DNA of 63,920 bases, the filler included, from Lama guanicoe (lineage: Eukaryota): assembly GCA_013239625.1 (NCBI GenBank). It is 166 parts of 166 records of this genome, joined end to end, with 100 filler letters (N's around TTAATTAATTAA, not from the genome) between each part and the next. Parts side by side here need not be neighbours in the genome. Positions count along the whole stretch, not along the records: positions 52,437 to 52,722 come from PNXV01053205.1; positions 52,823 to 53,108 come from PNXV01053206.1; positions 53,209 to 53,494 come from PNXV01053207.1; positions 53,595 to 53,880 come from PNXV01053208.1; positions 53,981 to 54,266 come from PNXV01053209.1; positions 54,367 to 54,652 come from PNXV01053210.1; positions 54,753 to 55,038 come from PNXV01053211.1; positions 55,139 to 55,424 come from PNXV01053212.1; 158 more parts are not named here. One strand, given 5' to 3'. Position numbers and translations under genes: made by a program. Positions 52,501-63,920 of the stretch are shown in pieces. Below the pieces are notes generated by a model. It saw nothing but the letters and a program-made list of their open reading frames with translations, did no database searches and had not been told where the DNA came from. How positions within the stretch are numbered: position 1 is the stretch's first letter; each line of letters starts with the position of its first letter.

Positions 52501-53208
52501 TACCAGCCAGGTGTTTACAAATGATGCAGCATTTGGCGTGCAGGTAATGTGATCGTGTGATCGTGCAGGTAATGTGAAAACAGGAAGTATGAAATGCCAG
52601 TGCGAACGTACCTAGGACGTCTTCTAGAAAGTGGACTGGGGTCAGCTGCCAGGACCGCTGACCCACAGCCTCCGCACTGCCCTCTGGATGGCCCGGGAGC
52701 CCCTGCAGGTCAAGCAGTGACANNNNNNNNNNNNNNNNNNNNNNNNNNNNNNNNNNNNNNNNNNNNTTAATTAATTAANNNNNNNNNNNNNNNNNNNNNN
52801 NNNNNNNNNNNNNNNNNNNNNNCCCTCACCCTCACCCACACCCTGGGGGGTTAGGTCAGAATTCACAGTGCCTGTGAGGCTTGAAAAACACGAAGCCAAA
52901 CTCTCATTTAAAGTGAGCCTCACTGGACAGTACACCTGCACCCGGCAGCTGTAAACGCAGATCCCTTCTGCAGGAAGGCACTTACACCTACGCCTGAGAG
53001 CATTCCCGCAGGTGAAGTTCCAAGGAAGACGATCTCAGTTAAAAAATCATCAAACACTACAAAACAAGCGACCACGAGCAAAAGAACTGCAGAGACAATT
53101 GACTGCAGNNNNNNNNNNNNNNNNNNNNNNNNNNNNNNNNNNNNNNNNNNNNTTAATTAATTAANNNNNNNNNNNNNNNNNNNNNNNNNNNNNNNNNNNN
53201 NNNNNNNN

Positions 53209-53380
53209 CTGTGTAGCACAGGGAACTCTATTCAATATCTTGTAGTGACCTATAATGGAAAATAATACGAAAAGGAATATATATAATGTGTGTGTGTATA
53301 ACTGAATCGCTCTGCTGCACACCAGAGACTAATACAACACTGTAAATCATTGTACTTCATTAAAACGAATGTTTAAAAAA
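53209..53380 (+). mobile_element. LINE-1 extreme 3' end
   Basis: ctgtgtagcacagggaactctattcaatatcttgta...tataactgaatc.ctctgctg.acaccaga.actaa.acaaca.tgtaaatca followed by an A-rich tail. Confidence 0.9.
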
Positions 53381-53981
53381 GAGAGGGATGCCCATACATT
53401 ATACTGCCCTTGTGAAATCATTAACAACATCCCCTTTCATTTTGCTTATTACTATTATTATTTTATCGAAGTATAGTTGCTGTGCAATATCATGNNNNNN
53501 NNNNNNNNNNNNNNNNNNNNNNNNNNNNNNNNNNNNNNTTAATTAATTAANNNNNNNNNNNNNNNNNNNNNNNNNNNNNNNNNNNNNNNNNNNNTAAATT
53601 GCGTTGTAGTCCCACAAAATCTGTCTCCAAGCTGTCTAAATGATAAAAGCAATTTCTGCTTATGTCATTGAATAGAGACCATCTATTTGGAAAGACTTGT
53701 CAGCATGACGCTGCTCTTCTATATTCATCCACTTCACCCACATATCGAACAGAAAGGGATCCAAAGCAGTGTTCGTGCAACTTGCTTTGACAGATCTCTT
53801 TGAGTTTTACACGTGCCACTGCCCTGGTCTAGATCTGAAAAATAAAACATGGTAAGTTCAAGGTCATGGGTCAGGGAAGGNNNNNNNNNNNNNNNNNNNN
53901 NNNNNNNNNNNNNNNNNNNNNNNNTTAATTAATTAANNNNNNNNNNNNNNNNNNNNNNNNNNNNNNNNNNNNNNNNNNNNT

Positions 53982-54266
53982 GCACCTTTTAGAAGACCTC
54001 TTTCCAGAATGAACTTCCTGACGGGAACAAAATCTGGACTCGAAGAGAAAAGGCTTCCCACATTCACTGCACTCAGAAGGCCTTTCTCCAGAGTGAACTC
54101 TTAGATGACTACGGAGGCTAAAACTAGTGGGGTAAGATTTCCCGCAGTCACTGCACTCATAAGGCTTTCCTCCTCTGTGAGATTTCTGATGATATCTTAA
54201 TGCAGACCTAGAGAAAAAAGATTTCCCACAGTCACTGCACTCATAAGGCCGTTCTCCAGAATGAAC
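53982..54266 (-). CDS. C2H2 (KRAB-type) zinc-finger array fragment
   Basis: Open across the whole contig: VHSGERPYECSDCGKSFFSRSALRYHQKSHRGGKPYECSDCGKSYPTSFSLRSHLRVHSGERPSECSECGKPFLFESRFCSRQEVHSGKRSSKRC. Shows 28-aa periodicity and HSGERPY linkers. Confidence 0.93.
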
Positions 54267-54399
54267 NNNNNNNNNNNNNNNNNNNNNNNNNNNNNNNNNN
54301 NNNNNNNNNNTTAATTAATTAANNNNNNNNNNNNNNNNNNNNNNNNNNNNNNNNNNNNNNNNNNNNCATGTCGGTAAACAAAGGATGCTCTGGCCACCA

Positions 54400-54652
54400 G
54401 GTCCTCAGCTGCTACAACCTCCCCCAGCATTGAGCAGAGGAAACTCGGGATGCAGGCAAGCAGGCAGCCCCACCTCCGCTGCCACCCCCAGTGGGGACTC
54501 AGGATGGGAAAGAACAGGACACTGGCCCTGGAGAGCTCAGGTGCACATCAAAGGAATGATTTCAATGATCCCAAACCTTTGCATCTTCCCTTACAAAGAA
54601 AAATGCTCAGTCCCTTAACTTGAGATGTTTGGTTTTCTTTAATTAACAGTCA
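54400..54652. mobile_element. ERV LTR-like fragment of the same family as 47033-47120
   Basis: caaaggaatgatttcaatgatcccaaa...ttaacttgagatg.ttggttttcttta is shared with the 47033 contig. Confidence 0.6.
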
Positions 54653-57600
54653 NNNNNNNNNNNNNNNNNNNNNNNNNNNNNNNNNNNNNNNNNNNNTTAA
54701 TTAATTAANNNNNNNNNNNNNNNNNNNNNNNNNNNNNNNNNNNNNNNNNNNNAATGAGTGCTTTTAAAGAATATTTTTTGAAATATTGTGATTAATAATT
54801 AGTAGTTGAGCCTGAATGGTGTTATGATTTATTTGCCATTCTTCAGAAAGAAAAGCAAAAAATTACAGTTACAGTTGTTTTGCGACTTTAACTACAGTGT
54901 ATTCCTTCCACTAAGCATATGGTTGATCAAAATGTTGAATGAATTTGAGAAGCTTAGGTTGCCAGCCCACATATTTAGGAGCCAAACTCTTAAATGTTTT
55001 GTGACTTCTCACCAAAATTGCAACCACACTTAATTAGTNNNNNNNNNNNNNNNNNNNNNNNNNNNNNNNNNNNNNNNNNNNNTTAATTAATTAANNNNNN
55101 NNNNNNNNNNNNNNNNNNNNNNNNNNNNNNNNNNNNNNTATCAAGCCCCAGGTCCTATCTAAGCTGGGCACTACGGCTGGGTCTCTGTCAAGGAATTTAG
55201 CATCCAATGCCTGTGCTGCTCTGAAGACTAAATGCACAGGCTCCTGGCTGAGCTCCTGAACTGCGGACACACTCAGTCAATGCCGACTCCAGGCCTCCCC
55301 TTGCCTAGAGGAAACAGCCCAACGAGAACAACCGGAAGCCTGTTCTCGGAACTGTTCACCAACCTAAAGCCCACGTCCATGCGTCCACACCAAGCATTGT
55401 ACTTTCTTTGGCACCTTCCTCCTGNNNNNNNNNNNNNNNNNNNNNNNNNNNNNNNNNNNNNNNNNNNNTTAATTAATTAANNNNNNNNNNNNNNNNNNNN
55501 NNNNNNNNNNNNNNNNNNNNNNNNAAAAAAATAGGTCAATTGAGATAAAAAAATGGATGGTTACATTCAGTTAAATTTCCAGGAAAAGTGTTATTCTAGT
55601 GATATTCAATACGATACTTAATGACAAGAAATATCCAAATATGGCAAAATTTGGTATATAAATAGACCAGAAAAAGGAAGCAGGACTTATAAAGGCCTGG
55701 CAGAATGAAATTTGGTAATTGCAGAACTAGAAAGTAGGCCGATGTGATTGCATGTCAGGATATTGGAGGATTTCAGAAAATGAAGTCAACCAATGGGCCT
55801 CAAGTTAATGNNNNNNNNNNNNNNNNNNNNNNNNNNNNNNNNNNNNNNNNNNNNTTAATTAATTAANNNNNNNNNNNNNNNNNNNNNNNNNNNNNNNNNN
55901 NNNNNNNNNNGAGAACCTCTCACCAAGCCTGGGGACCACACCAGCTTCCCCGAGGAGAACCCATCTGCTCTTCGAGCTGAGGAGTAAGCAGGAGGTACCA
56001 GCGCAGAGAGTGAGCTATGAAAGAACCCAGCAGAGGAGCCAAGTGAGAGCACAGGGCAGTTACAGACCATCAGGCAAGCAAATGCCCCCGCTGGGTGGAG
56101 GTGAGAGGATGGACAACAGATTGGGATGGAAAAGAAAATGGGAACCGGATTAACCAGGGTCTGTGTGCTGGGTTAAGGGTTTGGGACTTAGGTCTTNNNN
56201 NNNNNNNNNNNNNNNNNNNNNNNNNNNNNNNNNNNNNNNNTTAATTAATTAANNNNNNNNNNNNNNNNNNNNNNNNNNNNNNNNNNNNNNNNNNNNGAAA
56301 CTGCCTGTATACTGTAAGTATTTAGTAGCAAAATAATTTTAGAGATATTTGTATTCTTTTCCCCTTGTTTTTCCATCTTTTGTTCCAGAGAGGTACCCAG
56401 GCCATTTTGTGCTTTTTTGCTTCAGGGAAGTATTATTATGGTCAAGCTAAAAAAAATTTCTTGCAAGACACTTCCCTTTCTGAATTAATTTTCCTATAAC
56501 TGGAGCCTATTGAAGAGATCAGGCTAGGTGTACTGGAAGGAAGACCCGGAGAAGGAGCAGCGACTTGAAGAGCAAACAGAGGNNNNNNNNNNNNNNNNNN
56601 NNNNNNNNNNNNNNNNNNNNNNNNNNTTAATTAATTAANNNNNNNNNNNNNNNNNNNNNNNNNNNNNNNNNNNNNNNNNNNNACAGACCAAGGGAATGTG
56701 TTGTTTAGAACCACTTTTTACAAATTCAAGATACATAAAAAGACGTTTTTAAAATATTTGTACTGTCATCATTCTTCCTTGTTTGGTTTTTATTATATAT
56801 ATAGACAGTGTTTTAAATAATTTCACAATTTTGATTATAAATCTTATCTCTAACCCATGTTTACTTCATAAATTCTTAAGTTACTTGGAATAGTAAATTC
56901 TTTATAAGAAATATGTTTGGGAGCATTGGAATGAAGATTGCAGAGAGACAATATACTGATAAATTCTTNNNNNNNNNNNNNNNNNNNNNNNNNNNNNNNN
57001 NNNNNNNNNNNNTTAATTAATTAANNNNNNNNNNNNNNNNNNNNNNNNNNNNNNNNNNNNNNNNNNNNGGAATCGTAAATGTGTTTGGCTTTCAGCCCCA
57101 CAGCTGCGCTGTCCTCTATGCTTTTAAAAACAAACAAACCAAAACCAGTCATCATCTGATGAAGCCACCAGTCTGGCTCCTTCACCATCTCTTCCAGAGC
57201 TTCAGCAGAGGGTTATGGATGTGACCTTATCACTTTCTGGTTGGCTCCACACACAAGTCAGTGAATTTCCTCTTCTTTTGCTGGGTTTCATGCCCCATTG
57301 ATTCATTACCACTGAACTCACGGCCCACAACCCTATGACTCACCCCTGAACAAANNNNNNNNNNNNNNNNNNNNNNNNNNNNNNNNNNNNNNNNNNNNTT
57401 AATTAATTAANNNNNNNNNNNNNNNNNNNNNNNNNNNNNNNNNNNNNNNNNNNNAATAAGAAAAAAATAGCAAGCTATCGCATATATGAAAACAAAATGA
57501 ATTTTTTTCATACAAAATTGTTAAGACTTTTTAAAATAGAAATACTTGAAATCCAAATATGATTTAGGATACATTTTGCCTGAAATATTTAATAATTAAG

Positions 57601-57840
57601 CCTTATTAAACCAACCTCCTTTTTTAAAAATTTATAGATAACAGAAGAGACTAAACATGAATAGTTGCAATAAAAAGATCACAAGACACTGTAATTCTTA
57701 ACTTTGGAAGACCTGATATTCATATGTTATGTTAGTCAAANNNNNNNNNNNNNNNNNNNNNNNNNNNNNNNNNNNNNNNNNNNNTTAATTAATTAANNNN
57801 NNNNNNNNNNNNNNNNNNNNNNNNNNNNNNNNNNNNNNNN

Positions 57841-58126
57841 TTTTTTATGTTACTGGGTTTGTTTTTTAAGTATTTTATAGAAGATGTTGATGTCTGTTCA
57901 CAAGGAATACATATTCATAAGGTCTGAGGGTTTCTTTACTTGTGATGTGTATGTCAGATTTTGGGATCATAGTAATCCTGGCCTCATAGAATAAATTGGG
58001 AAGTGTTTTCTATTTTCTCCAGGTGTTTGTGAAAGACTGATGTTTTATTCTCTAAACATGTGGTAAATTTCACCATTGAAGACATCTAGATCTTGGGTTT
58101 ACTTTATGGGAAGTTTTATTTTTAAC
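57841..58126 (-). mobile_element. Ancient L1 ORF2 fragment
   Basis: gtaatcctggcctcatagaataaattgggaagtgtt...tggtaaatttcacc.ttgaagacatct. Confidence 0.8.
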
Positions 58127-58612
58127 NNNNNNNNNNNNNNNNNNNNNNNNNNNNNNNNNNNNNNNNNNNNTTAATTAATTAANNNNNNNNNNNNNNNNNN
58201 NNNNNNNNNNNNNNNNNNNNNNNNNNTATGTTTCTGGACTCTGAACTTCACAAGAGTTTATCAGCATTTTTCTCCTTGCTTAGGTGGGACAGGATGGCGA
58301 GAGTGGGCTGGGGGTGCTGTTTGCCTTCCCCCAGATCAGTTGGATCCCAATAATACCTCAGCAGGTCAGGCTTTGGCAGACTTGCTAAGAACAGAGTGTG
58401 CTCCCATATTTGAACATGGTTCCTTTTCCCTTTTCCCTGCTGGAAGCACAAGGGACTTCTCTCATATTTATTGTGAGAACTTGGTAGAGTTCCTGGAGAT
58501 AAATCTCACAAANNNNNNNNNNNNNNNNNNNNNNNNNNNNNNNNNNNNNNNNNNNNTTAATTAATTAANNNNNNNNNNNNNNNNNNNNNNNNNNNNNNNN
58601 NNNNNNNNNNNN

Positions 58613-58899
58613 GCCGAGGCCGCCGCCGCCGCCGCAGCCCGGGCCCGCCTTCGAAAGCCGGCGGGAGCCAGGAGTGCTGCGGAGGTGGACCGGCGCCACC
58701 CCGCACTCGCGTCTCCTCCCCCCGCCGCCTCCTCCCGCTCCCCTCCCTGTCCCCGCGGGCGGCGACTGCGGCGCCGGGCGCTCCGCCGACTCGGCCGCTC
58801 TCGCCCAGGCCCGCCCTCCGCGCCGCGCGGGGCTTATATAGGCGCGCCCCGCCTCCCCCCGCCTCCCCCCGCGCCCGCCGCCTCGGCCGCCGCCGCCGC
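58613..58899 (-). promoter_or_regulatory. CpG-island core promoter and 5'UTR with BREu, TATA box and GC boxes; gene unidentified
   Basis: Very GC- and CpG-rich. On the minus strand GCGCGCC (58841-58847, fits BREu SSRCGCC) directly precedes TATATAAG (58833-58840). Tandem GGGGGAGGCGG boxes lie upstream and (GCC)n runs mark both contig ends. Confidence 0.75.
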
Positions 58900-58999
58900 N
58901 NNNNNNNNNNNNNNNNNNNNNNNNNNNNNNNNNNNNNNNNNNNTTAATTAATTAANNNNNNNNNNNNNNNNNNNNNNNNNNNNNNNNNNNNNNNNNNNN

Positions 59000-59200
59000 C
59001 AGGAAGCATCAAAACCAGTGTTAAGGGGAAGATTTATAACTATAAAACGTTAAAGGAGAAGAAAGATCTAAAATCAACTTTAGGAACTAGAAAAAGAAGA
59101 AAAAACTATTCGCAAAGCCAGCAGAGGAAGGAACACTAAAGATTAGAACTGAGACAGACAGAATAGAGATTTGATACCATACAGCAAATCAAAACCAAAT
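59000..59200 (+). mobile_element. L1 ORF2 fragment (region after the endonuclease)
   Basis: aaaaccagtgttaaggggaagatttata...aaagaagaaagatct..aatcaac..taggaactagaaaaagaaga...aaagccagcagaggaag. Confidence 0.8.
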
Positions 59201-59859
59201 ATACACACACAAAGAGAATAAAGCAAACAGAAAAGGAAAATATTAACAATTGTTGAATCTCAGTTGCAAGTAAATGGGTGTTTCTNNNNNNNNNNNNNNN
59301 NNNNNNNNNNNNNNNNNNNNNNNNNNNNNTTAATTAATTAANNNNNNNNNNNNNNNNNNNNNNNNNNNNNNNNNNNNNNNNNNNNTTTTTTTTTTTTTCT
59401 GTCTCCACGGATTTCTAGTACAGGATTGGGCACATTATTGGTGTTATGTAATGGCTGGATTAGATTACACTGATTAAAACAAGGAGTTAGAGTTCTTGTT
59501 AGCACTCTGCATTTCTTCTGCCGTGAAATTTTCCAAAATGTGACCTGTATAACATTAGTCCTATAAAATGCTCCATTAAAAAAGAATCAGTGGTCTCCTG
59601 AGCATTTATCCAGAGAAAACTGTAATTCGAAAAGACACATGCACCCCAGTGTTCACAGCAGCACTATTTACNNNNNNNNNNNNNNNNNNNNNNNNNNNNN
59701 NNNNNNNNNNNNNNNTTAATTAATTAANNNNNNNNNNNNNNNNNNNNNNNNNNNNNNNNNNNNNNNNNNNNACACACACACACACACACACAGTCACACA
59801 CAGGCAATGCCTTTCTCAGCCCCATGTAATAATCAGGAACCCTAACACTTTTCAGGACT

Positions 59860-60057
59860 TATGTTTACCAGGGGGCAAAAGGGGTGGAGGGATAAATTGA
59901 GAGTTTGAGATTTACAGATACTAACTACTATAATAAATAGATAAATAACAAAGCCCTTCTGTACAGCACAGGGAACTATATTCAATTTCTTGTAGTAACA
60001 TATAAAGGAAGAGAATATGAAAAGGAATATATGTATGTATATGTATGACTGAAACAT
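59860..60057 (+). mobile_element. LINE-1 3'UTR (cetartiodactyl-type)
   Basis: gggataaattgagagtttgagatt.acagatac...ctgtacagcacagggaactatattcaat. Confidence 0.88.
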
Positions 60058-60931
60058 NNNNNNNNNNNNNNNNNNNNNNNNNNNNNNNNNNNNNNNNNNN
60101 NTTAATTAATTAANNNNNNNNNNNNNNNNNNNNNNNNNNNNNNNNNNNNNNNNNNNNAAAAAAACTGCATGCTACAGCATGTCTAAGAAGAACTGATGAT
60201 AAGATAAAATAAGGCAACCTGGTTAGAGCCCACATTTGTACCCAAGGACCTCAGAATAGGCAAGCACCTGAAGGTTCAGTGGAGCCCTGCTTTGGGGAGC
60301 TTCTGTAGGAGCTGCAGAACCCTTACTTCTGCTCCTGATTGAAAATGGGACCAAATCCTCAAAAAAGTTGGCTTTATTCTCTGATGGGTTCAAGCTAGCT
60401 GGCAGCTCTTGAGGGCTCGCTGGAAGGGGTGGGCTGTGAGATGTNNNNNNNNNNNNNNNNNNNNNNNNNNNNNNNNNNNNNNNNNNNNTTAATTAATTAA
60501 NNNNNNNNNNNNNNNNNNNNNNNNNNNNNNNNNNNNNNNNNNNNTTAGTCCTGTTATAGTTCCATACTTGTTATCAATTTAATACTGTTAATAGCAACAT
60601 TACTAATCCAGGGATTTAGTAGAATAATCTATGTATATTATTGTTAAAGCGGGACAAGACAAAATTTTTCTGATGACTGCTTTTAGTTGAGTACAGCCCT
60701 TTATTCCCCTTTTATTCTGTTGAGGACATTTCTATGATTATATTAAAATTCAGGAATTACCTTCTGGGATTCTCAATCTTTTCTCTCCCTTTTATATTGG
60801 CCAACTCTAAGATTACATGTCCTTTTTCCTTNNNNNNNNNNNNNNNNNNNNNNNNNNNNNNNNNNNNNNNNNNNNTTAATTAATTAANNNNNNNNNNNNN
60901 NNNNNNNNNNNNNNNNNNNNNNNNNNNNNNN

Positions 60932-61214
60932 CTTTTTATGGCTGAGTAGTATTCCATTGTATAAATACACCACATCTTCTAATGTGTCGCTTGAGGCCTG
61001 TGTTTCCTTACTGATTTTCTGTCTGGATTATCTGTCCATTGATGTAAATGGGATGTTAAAGTCCGCCACTATTCTTGTGTTACTGTCAATTTCTCCTTTT
61101 ATGTTTGTTAACATTTGCCCTTTATATTGAGATGCTCCTATGTTGGGTGCATATATATTTACAATTGTTACATCTTCCTCTTGGATCTATCCCTTGAGCA
61201 TTATGTAGTGTCCT
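60932..61214 (-). mobile_element. Chimeric L1: ORF2-end segment (60932-60980) joined to an endonuclease-domain segment (60978-61214)
   Basis: The minus strand of the second part reads GHYIMLKG*IQEEDVTIVNIYAPNIGA...IVADFN (L1 endonuclease motifs with stops). The first part matches the L1 segment at 61702-61760. Confidence 0.88.
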
Positions 61215-61314
61215 NNNNNNNNNNNNNNNNNNNNNNNNNNNNNNNNNNNNNNNNNNNNTTAATTAATTAANNNNNNNNNNNNNNNNNNNNNNNNNNNNNN
61301 NNNNNNNNNNNNNN

Positions 61315-61601
61315 GACAGCCTTCACCTGTACTGACCACTCCAGTGCCTGCACACTCCTGGGCTTGCAAACACCTGGGTTGCCTTCTGCTGGGCGTGAAC
61401 GTTCCTGGGACTCCCCATTCCTGCGCTTGAACAGCATTGGTCAAGCCCTCTCCTGGGCCTGCACACTCCTGAGCCTGCACACTGCTGGGCCTGCTCAGAC
61501 ATGGGCCTGGACACTCCTGAGCCTGCACACCCCTGGGACTGATCCCTCCTGTGCCTGCACACTCCTGGGCCTGCCCTACCCTGGGCTGCTTACTCCTGTG
61601 T
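61315..61601 (-). repeat. Same 16-bp satellite as 23104-23388, reverse orientation
   Basis: Repeated ctgggcctgcacactcctg and gagcctgcacac units. Confidence 0.92.
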
Positions 61602-61701
61602 NNNNNNNNNNNNNNNNNNNNNNNNNNNNNNNNNNNNNNNNNNNNTTAATTAATTAANNNNNNNNNNNNNNNNNNNNNNNNNNNNNNNNNNNNNNNNNNN
61701 N

Positions 61702-61890
61702 TTTCATTCTTTTTTATGGCTGAGTAGTATTCCATTGTGTATATATATACCACAGCTTCTTTATCCAGTCATGTGTGGATGGACATTTAGGTTGTTTCCA
61801 TGACTTGGCTATTGTATATAGTGCTGCTGTGAACACAGGGGTGCATGTGTCTTTTCAAATTAGAGTTCCCTCCAGCTATATGCCCAGGTA
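61702..61890 (-). mobile_element. LINE-1 ORF2 C-terminal fragment
   Basis: tttttatggctgagtagtattccattgtgt...ggacatttaggttgtttccatg.cttggctattgta.atagtgctgc. Confidence 0.92.
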
Positions 61891-62709
61891 TATATATGTT
61901 TGATGTTGTATTAGAGATTTCTTAAACTGTTCTAATTTTCAAATTTGTTCTTCTTTTTAACGTTCTGATTGAATAATTCATTATTNNNNNNNNNNNNNNN
62001 NNNNNNNNNNNNNNNNNNNNNNNNNNNNNTTAATTAATTAANNNNNNNNNNNNNNNNNNNNNNNNNNNNNNNNNNNNNNNNNNNNCTCCTGGGTCACTGA
62101 GACCGGTTCCTGTTGTCATTCTTTGAATGGTTTCCTGGCTCAGGCTGGGGATTCTCCTTTGTAGAAAGCCCATTCAATTCCTTGTAACTGAAAACTGAGC
62201 AAAGCCACTCCTCCAGCCTTACACTGTGTGGTTTGTGCAACTTTGAGTCTTCCTGGGTGTGGTAAATATCACAGCCCATCACTGTCTCTTCTGGGGAGGT
62301 AAAGGTGCCTTCCCCGCTGCCTCCAGTTGTATTCTTGGGCAGAAAAGCCTGACTCTCAGAGATGGTGCATTTNNNNNNNNNNNNNNNNNNNNNNNNNNNN
62401 NNNNNNNNNNNNNNNNTTAATTAATTAANNNNNNNNNNNNNNNNNNNNNNNNNNNNNNNNNNNNNNNNNNNNGGAAAGGATTAAATTCAGTTAGTAAAAA
62501 GTAAAAATATATTTGGAAGGTACCATGAAATAAGCATACTAAAGGCCAAAGTCTGATGAACAGAATTGAATCAGTCAATCCATGATGCTCCGTGAACTCC
62601 ATCTGAAGTGGAGATGCCATATTACATCAAGGCTATCGTTTCATATAAGACAAAAGAAACAAAAGCTCTGTTTTCCAGTCCTTCTCACTAATTTAGAAAC
62701 CCTGCTTGG

Positions 62710-62759
62710 TTTCTTTCCTTCCTTCCTTCCTTCCCTCCCTCCCTCCTTCCTTCCTTCCT
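62710..62759 (+). repeat. (CCTT)n/(CCCT)n microsatellite at a contig end
   Basis: ttccttccttccttccttccctccctccctccttccttccttcct. Confidence 0.9.
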
Positions 62760-62859
62760 NNNNNNNNNNNNNNNNNNNNNNNNNNNNNNNNNNNNNNNNN
62801 NNNTTAATTAATTAANNNNNNNNNNNNNNNNNNNNNNNNNNNNNNNNNNNNNNNNNNNN

Positions 62860-63029
62860 TAAAGAATCAGATAGTAAATATTTCAGGCTTTGTGCACTGT
62901 GTGGTCTGTGTTACAGCTACTCAGCTCTACCATTGCAGGGGAAAGTGATCACAAATAAATGAGCACGGCTGTGCTTGATAAAACTTTCTATGCAAAAAAC
63001 ACGCGGCAGGCCGAATTTGCCGACCCCTG
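62860..63029 (+). mobile_element. MER58A-like hAT-Charlie DNA transposon
   Basis: cagatagtaaatattt.aggctttgtg...ctactcagctct.ccattg...aatgagcacggctgtg...ggcaggccgaatttgccgacccctg. Confidence 0.85.
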
Positions 63030-63920
63030 CTCGATATAAAATGGTATTCGCCCAGCACATGGTAAATGATCGGTAAGTACCTATTGATTAAATAAGCTAA
63101 AAAATTTCTATTTTAGCAAACTAATTTCACGGGGTATTGTGACAAANNNNNNNNNNNNNNNNNNNNNNNNNNNNNNNNNNNNNNNNNNNNTTAATTAATT
63201 AANNNNNNNNNNNNNNNNNNNNNNNNNNNNNNNNNNNNNNNNNNNNTACTTTACTAAAAGCAAGGAAGAAAAAACAGGAAAAACAGAAAACATTTATTTC
63301 TTTGAGGGATAGCTCATGCAACCCTCTGGAAATCCTAAAGCTATTTTTATGAAACTGAAATTATACAAATCATGTGATGATCCGAAGCGCAGTAGTGCAT
63401 TGCTTTGAGATATGTGGTTTGTGAGAACCCCTCACAACCATGTCTGGTGTGAGGAGGTCCCTACACAACCTTTTGTACCCTTAGATGCTGCTAGTGACAA
63501 CTGGGTCTTCTCAAATTGGAAATGAAAAAAAAANNNNNNNNNNNNNNNNNNNNNNNNNNNNNNNNNNNNNNNNNNNNTTAATTAATTAANNNNNNNNNNN
63601 NNNNNNNNNNNNNNNNNNNNNNNNNNNNNNNNNTATTTCTGTAAAATTTATTATGTGTACTTGGGTAGAAATTATAGCCAAATAAATGGGGGGTGGGCAA
63701 GGAATTGGGAAGCCGACTAACCAATCCTCAACATTGTTCAATGGCATTTTTACACTTCTCATCGTGGATAGCCTGGATAATAATTATTAGAAGTAGTTGC
63801 TTCCATGTGTCCAAGTTATAATACTTTGGCCAAATAATTAATAGTACATAGACAATTCCTTCCTATCTTTAACTGAAATATAAGAACGTACGTCCAATGT
63901 TAGAATTAATTCTCTTAGAT

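Noticed and set aside
52537..52577. Direct repeat CGTGCAGGTAATGTGA x2
   Set aside because: Simple local tandem duplication with no further structure.
32400..54266. Apparent immune cluster (MPO, MHC class I, ZNF)
   Set aside because: The contigs are ordered by size, not genomic position, so co-occurrence is accidental.
58685..58951. Pro/Arg/Ala-rich 88-aa ORF
   Set aside because: It reflects stop-codon scarcity in a CpG island, starts at GTG and crosses a TATA box.

Overview
This window is not contiguous DNA. It is an artificial concatenation of about 165 tiny unplaced contigs (283-287 bp each, nominal length rising from 285 to 287 along the window). They are joined by an invariant 100-bp linker, N44-TTAATTAATTAA-N44, a palindrome with stop codons in all six frames. 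The sequence is mammalian and most likely camelid, based on a vic-1-type tRNA-derived SINE plus eutherian L1, MaLR, MER and MIR repeats. Neighbouring contigs have no biological relationship, and most entries in the ORF track are linker artefacts (X-runs ending in LIN or N). Reading each contig separately gives five recognisable gene fragments, four of them missed by the ORF track: an OR4-family olfactory receptor pseudogene (1-111, -), a TUBB4B 3' end that is probably a processed pseudogene (15784-16068, -), MPO exon 1 (32400-32475, -), an MHC class I proximal promoter plus exon 1 (45875-46160, -), and a C2H2 zinc-finger array (53982-54266, -). There is also a CpG-island promoter with TATA and BREu (58613-58899), a 16-bp satellite seen in two contigs, and many retroelement fragments. 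I found no credible new multi-gene system; the CRISPR-like periodicity is an assembly artefact.
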